A DNA stretch of 48,024 nt, counting the filler, from Jimgerdemannia flammicorona (lineage: Eukaryota): the NCBI GenBank assembly GCA_003990765.1. It is 2 parts of 2 records of this genome, joined end to end, with 100 filler letters (N's around TTAATTAATTAA, not from the genome) between each part and the next. Parts side by side here need not be neighbours in the genome. Positions count along the whole stretch, not along the records: positions 24,065 to 48,024 come from RBNJ01001041.1; 1 more part is not named here. One strand, given 5' to 3'. How positions within the stretch are numbered: the first letter of the stretch is position 1; every line of letters begins with the position of its first letter. The notes beneath the pieces are model-generated. The model worked only from the letters and a program-made list of their open reading frames with translations. It was not told the DNA's origin and did no database searches. Below are positions 37,601 through 48,024 of the stretch, in pieces. A program made the translations under genes and the position numbers.

Positions 37601-40600
37601 TCTTGAGCTTTGCATAGAGCTTGTTCTTGCAGAGGATCTTGAGGACTTGTTCAATGTGCTTGAGATGTTCTTCTTCAGTACTGCTGAAGATCAGAATGTC
37701 ATCAATATGCACAAGTACAAAGATATAGAGCTGATCCTTGAAGACAGTTTGTATGAGGTCTTGAAAGATTGCTGGTATATTGGTGAGACCAAAGGCCATG
37801 ACTAGAAGTTTGTAGAGTCCAAAGGGTGTCATAAAGGTAGTCTTGGGTATGTCTTCTGGCTTGATTCGAATTTGGTGATACCCAGAGGTGAGATCAATCT
37901 TGGTGAAGTACTTTGCATTCTTGAGAGCATCAAAGATTTGATCTATGAGTGGTAGTGAATAGTGGTTCTTGACTGTGATCTTGTTGAGTGCTTGGTAGTC
38001 TATGCACATTTATAGAGTATCATCCTTTTTCTTGATAAATAGGACTGGGGAGCCAAAGGGTGACTTGCTTGGCTGAATGGCTCCTCACTCAATGAGTTCA
38101 TTGAGTTCCTTCTTGACTGCTTCAATTTCAAGTGGAGACATGTGGTACATTTTCTTCTTAGGTATAGCTGCATCAGGTACCAACTTGATTTCGTAGTCAT
38201 AGTCTCTTGAAGGTGGTAGGCCAGGTAGATTGTCTGGGAAGACATCCTTGTACTTGTTCAGTAGTAACTTGATGCTTTCACTAATCAATAGCTTCTTGTC
38301 TTCTTTCTTTGGTCAGATCAGTGCCACAAAGGCATAGGTAGCTTTCTTGAGGGCCTTCTTGAACTGAATTGCTGAATGGGTAGCAATTGGGGTTCTTGTC
38401 TGAGTCTTGTCTGGCTTGATGGTAATGTTGGCTCCATCCTAAATCAAGGTGACTTCATTCTTGGTCCAATCAATCTGAGGGTTGTGCCATGTAAGCCAGG
38501 GTTTGCCTAGGATCAGGTCATGGTCTCCTAGTGGTGCTACCTCGAAATCTAAACATTCCCAGTACTTCTGGATCTTGAGGGGAAGTTTAGCGGCAATTGA
38601 GTCGATTGGTAAGATGGTGCCATCTGCAGTGACAACTCCAGCTAGTTTGGTGAGAATCTTGAGCTTATCAATGAGATTCTTGTTGATGAAGTTCCCAACA
38701 GCTCCACTGTCTATGAGAACATCTAGTTCTTGTCCCTTGACTAGACCTTTGAAAATGAGTATTGAATTGGCTTGGTTCTCAGTTATGCTTGCAACTTTAT
38801 CAGTACTGCCAAAGCCTTTCTGATCTCGCTTGGTTGAAGATAGCTTGGTGACTTCTTTGATGACTGGTAGGGTGGCTCGCTCCAGAATGAGCTGTGCAAT
38901 TCTATCTCCTTTATTGATAGTATATAGCTGGTTCTTGTGGTTGACTAGCAGGACTTACATTTCACCTTGGAAGTCAGGGTCAATAACTCCAGCATCAACA
39001 TCTAATGAGTGCTTGAAACTGAGGCCAGATCTTGGTGTAATTCTTGCATAATGTTCCTTGGGGATTTCGACTGAAAGACCAGTTGGAATGAGCCTTCTTT
39101 CATGTGCAGGGATAGTGACTTATTGTACTGCTTGAAGGTCCAAACCAATGGCTCCTTCTGACTGTACTTGAGGGATCTGGGCCTTGGGGTTGACTCACAT
39201 GAAATTGAGTACAACTTCTTGTTCAACTGGTTGATCTTGAGTGTCTTTGGACAGGACCAGGATCCTCTTTGGTTCAGCAGTTTTCTTGAGACATTTGATT
39301 GCAATGTGACCAGACTGACAGCAAAAGAAGCAGGCTCCAGCCTTCTTAAGGCACTCTTTTTCCTCAGGTGTAAGCTTGCCTTTCTTGCTCTTACCGATGG
39401 TGTCTAGGTCCATGGGGGCAGGTCCAACAGTTCTGACTTTGGGTTCCTCCCTTCTGTGGTTGTTGTTGTTGAAAGGCGGTCTCTTCTGTTCAAAGTGGTG
39501 ACCATAGGTGATGACATCAAACCTATCAGCAATCTTCATTGCTATATCTAGGTCCTTGGGTTCTTCTAGTTCAACACAAACTCAGGTTTGACCTTTCAGG
39601 CCTCAGATGTACTTGTCAACCTTCTCATCTTCAGTGATATGTGGTAATTCTAGCAGGATTGATAGGAATTGTGCATTATATACCTGCACAGACTTGAGTT
39701 GTTTGACATTTGTCAGATGGTCTCATGTGGCCTTAGTGCTATTGACTGGTTTGAATTGACCTTGAATAGCATCAGAGAATTTGCCCCAGGTCTTGATTCA
39801 GTCAGAGAATCTGGTATTCTGGATATGATTTCACTATCAGATTGCAGCATTCCCTCAGAGGAGTGTGGCAGCAAATTGGACTAGTGTTGTTTCTTCCAAA
39901 TTGGTCAGTTCTCCATATTGCTCCAATTGGAAAAGCCAGGCATTGGTAGACAGTCCTCCTCTTTGACCATCAAAGGTGTTGGGCTTCTGAGGCTTGATAG
40001 TAACTGCTGTTAGATATATTGATGTCAGTAGAGGTGCAGAGGTATGAGTGGGGGCCTTGCTTTCCTTTCTTTCTACATGTTTTTGAAGTTGTGCAATCTG
40101 AGCTAATGTGGTCTGCAAAAGACTCTTGATGGACCCAGTTGACTGGGTGAGGATTGGCTGTTCCTCTTCTTCTTCTTGCTGATGGTACTGATTATATGAG
40201 GTATTGCCTGGACCATAGGTACTGTATGAAGGGTTCTACCTATTGTCCTCCATAGTATTGTGACTGATATCTTGAGAGGTGTCTTGATAAGGCTAGGTGT
40301 AACCACCCACTGTTACTAAGTGTAATGGTTCTAGTTTCTAAATGAGGAAGCGACTAATTCTGGTAGTCCTAAGTAGCTTAAAGAGATACTAAGGATTCAA
40401 GTGTTCTTGAAGGATTTCTGAGAGAAAATATTCTGAGACTTTATTCATGAGAATAAAGGGGATATTTATACAAGATCTGAAAGAAAGATCTGGAAGGATC
40501 TGAGAAATCAAAGGAAAATGCCAAGAGGAAAGTTCTTGGCAAAGATGACAAATGATGATAAATAAAGTTCTACATGTTTCCAGGACATTCAGTGACTAAC

Positions 40601-40722
40601 TAAATAAGTACTAGTTAATGCTCGGCACCAAGAAAGGATTTCTAAGCATTTGGAAAGTACCAGAATGTCATAGAATATTGAAGAAGACAAAGAAAAGAAA
40701 TAAACTATGCTAAAATGTTACA
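34700..40722 (-). mobile_element. G5b: second full-length copy of the G5 family, inverted relative to G5a
   Basis: LTRs at 40321-40722 and 34700-35102; perfect TSD AGACA (34695-34699 and 40723-40727); PPT at 35103-35115. RT ORF 37185-38009 is nearly identical to G5a. Confidence 0.95.
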
Positions 40723-41758
40723 AGACATATGGTTACAGAGCATACACTTTACCTCAAGAGAACTGCTCTACAGAGAAGAAGATTCTGATGGAACCTCAGC
40801 TACAAATCTAGACCTAACTTGGAGATAGGTCAATGTAAAAATCCAGAGACTACACTAAATCAAGAAGAAGGCTGAAGATTACATCATCAAGTTATAAGCA
40901 CTGATAAGGAAAAATGCAGAAAAGAATCACAAAACCCTAGAACCCATCCAAATCAGAAAAAAGGTCCTACTGTATCAAAATATAATAGAAGCCTCATGGT
41001 TATGAAAACTGGAGCCCAAATAGAAAAGACCCTTCTACATATAAGATATCAAGGGAACTATCTTCTGGCTTAGAAAAATCTCAGAGACCATACTGCCTAC
41101 CATGGTATATAGGAACAGACTCAAGAAGTACCATGAACCTATACATATAAGAGAAGCAAAATATAATGACTGCCTGTGAGGTTCTAGTCCATGAATCATA
41201 ATAGCATGTCTCATGACCAGCAGGCTATCTATCTGGACCATTCTCTAAGGAATACAATACCAGCAACTACTCATTCATAAGACTTTCAAAGCCAGAGAAG
41301 TTCAAACTATCAACTGATTGGTCAATATCAGAATAAGGCCCTTGCTCTATATGAAGAGAGTAATCCTTCACTATTATGCCAAAATATAAAGAGAAGATGT
41401 TAGTCTATAAATACCACTTTTCAACCCCTTGCCAGAGGTTATGGGATTAGCAAATTTTTCAGAACTAGACCAATGAATAAGGATATTTAAGAAGATCCTT
41501 ATTCAGGAGGAAGATATAACAGTGATCTCAGAATAATGACATCAACACAAGAGACAGCCTTTTCTTGCAAGCCACCAGATCAGAGCACAAAAAGATCATA
41601 TGGCATACAAGATGAGCAATGATGACTAACTATGAGTTATTGTGACCACAGTATAAGTATCTTGAGGAATATAAAAGAAGGATCAAGAAACTGCAGTAGC
41701 AGTAACCAACAAGACCCACTAATCCCAAAATAGCTCAAAGACTTACCATAAATGAAAT

Positions 41759-42616
41759 GCCTACTGCTCACCAAACCTCAAGGTCAAGGAACTACAAGAC
41801 ACCTCAGTTGAAGAAAGAATATTCCAAGACATCAGAAGAGTCATGAGGACCCACTCAAGAAGGACTCCTAGTATCAATCTGGGTACTGGTGACTCTTATT
41901 ATTATATCCTCTACTACTGTAAAATGAAAACAAGGATCACCATTACTACTGAATACCTCCAAATGTGACAGGAGTATGAGATAGGAAATCTTCTCTGCCA
42001 GGAGTTCCCACTGACCAGTACTTAAGAGCTACAAGATACCATTCCTATGGATATATGCAAAATAAGGACAGCTAAGAAGATCTATCAGATTATCAGGCAT
42101 ACACCATAGTCAATTCCTAACTTGGAGTATGTTAAAGTCTCAGACTTCAGAGACCTGTTAGCTCACTATATCAATGCACTAGAAGCCAGGGTGGCTATAG
42201 AAGTCCAGTCTACTATCACTCTCAATAGTGATGAAGTAGAAGACTTCTGGCATCCCATTCTCCAGAACAACCCAGACCAATTCATATAAGGATTGATCTC
42301 AGTATTCTAAGGTTCAAGCATCCAAGTTAGACCTCTCTAAGACCCCACATTTGTCCCCTATTTTGTAGAAGAGAACCTCATAGACTAGAGAGCCCCAGAT
42401 CTCCTTGTTCTCACTACTGCTGAATGTGATGATGTCATTGGCAATGATGTCATCCCATGTGACATATGCGAGACACATGATATATATGAGATGCACAACA
42501 TATATGAAATATGTAATCTATATGACAACAGTGAATTTGTGGACCTCATCTCCTTCAAAGATATTCTGATCTCTGATGAGAATGAAGTTCCTATGGTCTT
42601 GAACATTCTGCTCTAA
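41759..42616 (+). pseudogene. Decayed extra ORF (>=286 codons) in the putative G4 3' LTR
   Basis: A single frame with scattered stops: IFQDIRRVMRTHSRRTPSINL...YEIGNLLCQEF...IRTAKKIYQIIRHTP*SIPNLEYVKVSDFRDLLAHY...QSTITLNSDEVEDFWHPILQNN, with an acidic C-terminus. Confidence 0.75.
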
Positions 42617-43769
42617 AAGTTCTTTGGTTTCACTGAATTATGCCAGTACTGGTATTCTGATATAATACTGAATTATTCCAGTACCATTTTTCTATATCAC
42701 CAAAATTATACCAGTATTCTGAACCTGTACAACCATCAGTGCTGATCCTGGAACTTAGCAGTTTTTCCTGTCCTGGCATTTTATTTTAGTTATTGGAATT
42801 TATATTTAGTTTTATATCTTAGCAACTATTGAATTATATTTTGTATAAATACTCCTCTTATTTCCTCTGAAATAAAGTCAGTCCACTCAGTCTACTTAGT
42901 ACAATATATACACTTCCTTGCAAGCAATCTAAGAGATAATAAGACAGTTTAAAAATAAGAAGTTTGAGGACTATAAGATCTTGGAAAGGCACTCCAATAA
43001 GAACTTACTTATAACAAACTTGAGTTAGTCTAAGAGATATATCTTAAAGAGAATCTAACAAATTTGAAGGACTCAGCAACTACTATATAATACTATATAT
43101 ATTACTTATATGAAGAATATACTACTATTATTATTAGTTTTAGCAATATTTACATTATTATACTTCTCTTTATTATATCTATACTGGCTTTTTCTATATT
43201 TATTTTTACTGTTTTCTTATCTTTATTATTCTCTCTATAATAATAATAGTACTTTCTATATCTATACTTATTATAGTATTTACAGTAACTATCAAACTTA
43301 ATTAATTTGCTATTATTGTATTAATTTTAAGTTTAAGTTTATTGGTCTTATAGTTACTATCTACACTATTAATTCTGCTTGCTACTATGTCTGCAAGATC
43401 TATAGAATATATTTTCATCATCTTTAGCACTATTTCCTTGATATATTTTCTCATTCATGAGATATATTATTATATGAGTATAGTTTATAAGCTTACTGCT
43501 CTCATATATGACTATAATGATAATATTATATACTTTCAAGAGATCTTTTATAAGTACTAAGACCTTATCTTTATTGTTCATACAATCTATAGATATACTG
43601 AGAAAATTTACTTTATTTACCAAATCATCAACATGATCAGTATACTTATAGATATACTTATTAGATTTTATTTAAAGATTGAATAGCTAAGATTTCAGAT
43701 GAAATCTATTTAATATAAAAGTCTTTATATGTATAATGATTTCATAATACTTTCCATATCTTATAGGTT

Positions 43770-46700
43770 TATTGTGAAATACTGGAATTTGAGGGATAAA
43801 GGAGCAATCTTTATTGATATGCGCGAAGCACGTATTTATGCATTGATGACGTTTCCACTGATGACGTCCTCACACGTGAGCTGCGCCACCTTCACATGAG
43901 CTACATACTGAGTTGATTAGCTAGAAATCTCAACACTCCCGCTCAACGAGATATGTACTCAAACTGCAGAAATGCATGCTAACTAACTAATGAATACAAT
44001 GCAGGAAATGATAGGTAGAATGGGTGCTATCTATCAACCTAAAAATGTCCGAATTCCCTGCTTCTAAGCACTAAAATAGGTAGAATACGTAGTAGAAAGG
44101 GTGCGCTAGGAACTGATAAACAGTCTGAATGTCCGAAATGGATGTCCGCTTGAAATGTTTACTTGCTTGCTTGCAAATAGAAATGCAGTACGGATGTGCA
44201 ATGTTCATAGAGGATGTAAGATGTATATGTTAGAGGCTTTTCGCTGTTAGGAAAGTCTCGTGATTTGCGTCGATTATTGTTGTTGTTGGTGGTCCCTGAA
44301 TCCTGGCCATAGCGTAGGGTTGCTCGTAAGACACATCCCTTGCACGCAGTGTTCGAATTTTGGCCTCGGAAGGGCCTTCGTAAGAGAATCCGCCGTCATA
44401 GACTCCGTTGGCGTATATTCCAGGCGTATAGTACCGTTTTCCATGCATTCGCGTATATAATGATGTTGAATGTCGATATGCTTAGTCCTTGCATGATGTA
44501 TAGGGTTCTTTGCTAATGCAATCGTAGATTGATTATTCTGTAAGATCAGCGTAGAGTCTCATTCCTGAGTATACCCTAATTCCTTTAGTAATTTCCGTAG
44601 CCATACGGCTTCCTTAGTTGCTGTGGACAACGCTTGATATTCCGCTTGCGTAGAGGATGTGGCCACCGATGATTGCTTACGTGTTTGCCACGAGATAACC
44701 CCTTTGCCGATATGGAAGAGATATCCGGTCGTAGAGCGCCGGTCGTTGAGGTCGCCAGCCCAATCGGCGTCGCAAGCTCCGGAGACACACACGTGACTCC
44801 CGCTTTGTCTTTTTTCACCACCCAAACTGAGCGTATAGTCCGCTGTTCCTTTGATGTACCTGAATATGCGCTTAATTACCGTCCAATGTGAGTTGTCATA
44901 GCATGAGGCGTACTGCGCCACTTTGTTTACTGCATAGGAGATGTCTGGTCGCATTTCTTGCATAAGATACATAAGGGATCCCACCACTTGTCTATAGGGG
45001 ATGTTCTTGTTGGGCATAGGGTCACTTTTCCTTAGCCTCATTGTAGTTTCCATTGGCATCGCCACTGGCTTACAATCGCTCATCCTGAATTGTTCAAGTA
45101 CTTGCTTAGCGTAGGTGGCTTGGGATAGGTGTATAGCGTGCTCGTTTCTGTCACGTGTAATCGCTATCCCCAATAAGAAAGACGCGTTGCCTAAGTCCGT
45201 CATCTCGAATTCCTGGTGTAGCGTAGCTTTTACTTCGTTAACTTGGCTCCTCTTGCCAACGATTATGATGTCATCGACCCATATCCCCAAGTATACCGTT
45301 CCTGAGGATGTATGTCGCGTATATATGCATGGATCCGCTTTGCACCGCCGAAATCCGTTGTCAAGCAGATATTGATCGATCTTCCGATTCCATAGTCTCG
45401 CCGCTTGCTTGATTCTGTATAACCCTTTACGTAGTTTGCATACGAGCTCTTTCCGCCCGTCGTATAGTTCGTATCCTTGCAGCTGTTGGATGTATAGTTC
45501 CGTATCTACGTCACCGTTCAGGAATGCAGTCTTAACGTCCATCTGCTGTATTTCGTAATCGTACTCGGCGCCGATAGCCAGTAGTATGCATAGAGAAGTG
45601 AGCTTGAATACGGGAGAGAATGTCTCGTCGTAGTCTACACCGTAATCCTGTGAATATCCCTTAGCAACAAAGCGTGCCTTGTACTGCTCTACGCTTCCAT
45701 TGCTTTGACGCTTAACTTTATATACCCAACGAGATCCTATAGCTTGACGATCCCTCGGAAGAGGTACTAGATCCCAAGTACCGTTGCTGATGAGCGAATT
45801 ATACTCTTCATCCATCGCTCGCTTCCACTCCTTGCTATCAGGGGAGAATACAGCTTCGTCATATGATCGTGGATCCACCATTGTCAAGTATGCGCACTCG
45901 CAAGCGTAGTTCATGTGATGCTTGCGTCGGGTCTTCGGAACATTCCAATAGTCTCCTAGATCCGTATCCAATGTCCTGGATTTGCGCTTTTGTTTACCTT
46001 TCGTAGATGGGAGAATCGTCTCTGCTTCGCTAGTCTCGTCATCGCTATCCCTTATCTCAGTTATCCTCGGTCCAGGAGGTGGCGAAGGAATCCTCGCCAG
46101 GATAGGTGACATTTTCGGGGGTGTCTTCAGGGGTGTGACCGGAGGACTCGCCGGAGGCGTAGTACTGGCCGCCGGAGGCGTAAGGTTGATTGCCGGAGGC
46201 GTTCCTGGAAGCATATGTGTAATTGTAGTCATCTTCTCGATATTCACGTGTGAATCCTGTATGCCGGGTTCCCTGAATGTAACGTCACGGGAGTTAACAA
46301 TTCTCCGCTTCCTTGGATTCCACAGCCTATACGCTTTGCAACCATTGCTATACCCGAGGAACACATGCTTAGTAGCCTTTGGATCAAACTTATCCTTATT
46401 TCCGCTTTTATCTAGCATGTAGGCTTCGCTTCCGAATATGCGTAGATGTGAGATATTGGGCCGATTTCCACTCCATAGCTGATGTGGCATAGCATTATTC
46501 TCGTTCCTGGATTGCTGATCGTTGCCACAAGCATCCTTGCTTAGAGCTCGAGAAATACACCTATTGCGTATATACACTGCTGTATTCACCGCTTCGGTCC
46601 AAAAGGGCTTCGATAGATCGGCCACGTTGAGCATTGTACGGGCCATCTCTACTACTGTTCGGTTAAAACGCTCCACTACGCCGTTCTGCTGAGGCGTATA

Positions 46701-48024
46701 GGGAGCCATCATTTGGTGTTTTATCCTATGTCTCGTCAAGAAGTTCTTGAACTGATTATTAACGTACTCCTTGCCGTTATCTGAGCGTAGTGCTCGAATT
46801 TTACGTCCGGTCTCGTTTTCGACGATAGCCTTGTATTCTCCGAATTTTTCCAAAGCTTCGCTCTTCGCCGCCATAAGGTATACGTAGACCTTGCGCGTAT
46901 AGTCGTCGATGAACATAATAAAATACTTCTTCCCGGAGTGTGATTTATTTCTCGCAGGTCCCCATATGTCTGAGTGTACCAAATCGAGTATCCCTGAGGC
47001 TCGTTTCGTCCGTTCCTGGAAGGGTTGTTGACAGGCCTTGTTCATTGTGCAATCATCACATGGCATATAGTCCGGGCATAAGTTGTCCGAGAGTCCGCTC
47101 ACCAAACCGTTCCTTATCATACGTTCGAGGCTTATCGGGCTGATATGTCTGAGTCTCCGGTGCCAGGTATACGCTACGCTGGTCGTTCCAGACCACGCTG
47201 CATTTGCCGCAGCTGCACCACTCGGCGTTCCGTTTATTGCGTATAAGTATCCATGCTTCCTGGTCGTTAATGCTTCTTTGCCATCGAGATCGTATATCTT
47301 CACGCCATCGCATGTTCCTGAGATTCGCTTATCCCCTCGTGCTAGCGTTCGACCCATCGAGAAGAGGTTCTTTCCTATCCCTGGAGCGTACAGTATGTCC
47401 ATAAAGGTCGCGTAGGGTTCCTTAACGTTTCCATGCAAATACATGCCGACCTGAGCGTATATAACCTTATTATTGCCCAATCTGATATGCATGGGGTTGT
47501 CAAAGGGTTCGTACATAGAGAACCACTCACGGTGTGAAGTCATATGCTGGGATGCGCCCGAATCTAGGAGCCAGATGTCCTCTTCGTCGCATGCAATGTT
47601 AGCGCTTGGTGTATACTCGTCTCTGGCGCTGGTGCACGTACTGTTTACGTCACCGCCACTTTTCACACCTTGAAAAGTATTCCGAATGTCAGGTTCCGTA
47701 GATGTCGAGCAAGCGCATTTGCAGGTAGAACTGGCACTGGTGGATGTAGAACTAGATCTCGTAGATGTCGGGGTGGCTTGCGCATTTTTCACCGGTCCAA
47801 AAGGGTCCGAATCTACATCGGCGAAGAACAATCCTCCCTTATCGGCGTTAGAATCTGCGCTATTCGCTTGCTTGCCACTCTTTCCTTTCTTTCCACTCTT
47901 GTCCTTTTCCTTTTTCATGCATTCATTCGCACGGTGTCCATACTTGCCGCAATAATAGCAGCTCCCGTCGAATTTCTCTGATTGGTCTTGGCCTTGCTGG
48001 CTTTTGTCGCGCTGGCTTTTGCCG
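43770..48024 (-). mobile_element. Young Ty1/Copia LTR retrotransposon (5' end outside window); short 3' LTR ~43770-43935
   Basis: Domain order is knuckle-PR-IN-RT-RNaseH. PPT GAGCGGGAG is followed by TGTTG at 43935. CpG content is retained. Confidence 0.95.
44274..48023 (-). CDS. Copia gag-pol polyprotein (partial), with one premature TGA at 44561-44559 in RNase H
   Basis: Motifs CYYCGKYGHRANEC, WLLDSGAS, WHRRLRH, LVHSDIWGP, RSDNGKEY, PQQNGVVER, YKARFVAKGYSQ, QMDVKTAFL, WVDD and DADWAGD..DRRST. After the stop the frame continues ...NQSTIALAKNPIHHARTKHIDI...ADSLTKAL to TAA at 44276-44274. Confidence 0.93.

Larger units (their letters stand above)
25391..43092 (+). mobile_element. G4: decayed Ty3/Gypsy host element (PR-dUTPase-RT-RNaseH-IN, long 3' LTR ~41515-43092) split by G5a and G5b
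   Basis: dUTPase RSSLAKSKISVEGEVIDPDYTGEI...REEQGFRSTG (ORF 26134-26670); RT WASPIVL...LCINYRKLN and IYIDDVIIFS (~27090). Reading resumes after G5a as KFKWTKECQETF, then RNase H 33540-33900 and integrase 34100-34699 plus 40728-41160. PPT-like AGGAGGAAGA at 41505-41514. Confidence 0.85.

Noticed and set aside
36076..39407. Plus-strand ORFs over G5b (and similar antisense ORFs over G5a, the LINEs and Copia)
   Set aside because: These are shadow frames opposite pol with no independent motifs.
43093..43769. Short hydrophobic ORFs 43110-43301 and 43369-43623
   Set aside because: The sequence is extremely AT-rich and decayed, so these are compositional artefacts.

Overview
Eukaryotic DNA, almost certainly fungal (GT-AG introns with CTAAC branch points; an early-diverging Mucoromycota-type host is my inference). 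About 90% of the window is nested, mostly decayed retrotransposons. It contains a stack of L1/Tx1-type LINE copies, at least six Ty3/Gypsy insertions (labelled G1, G2, G3, G4, G5a, G5b; several carry dUTPase and/or a chromodomain) and a near-intact Ty1/Copia element. One CpG-rich host island (~4.8-7.7 kb) holds a 3-exon NDUFAF3 gene head-to-head with a frameshifted cysteine-synthase-family pseudogene. An artificial 100-nt linker at 23965-24064 means the two halves may not be adjacent. Main findings: (1) three Gypsy elements appear to have very long LTRs carrying an extra sense-strand ORF downstream of the polypurine tract, clearly homologous in G1 and G4 and weakly similar in G3; (2) a ~200-nt block with conserved motifs and covarying hairpins sits just after the pol stop in four copies from three Gypsy families; (3) the G5a LTR pair differs only by transitions, pointing to RIP-like or 5mC-driven hypermutation. 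All alignments and translations were done by eye.
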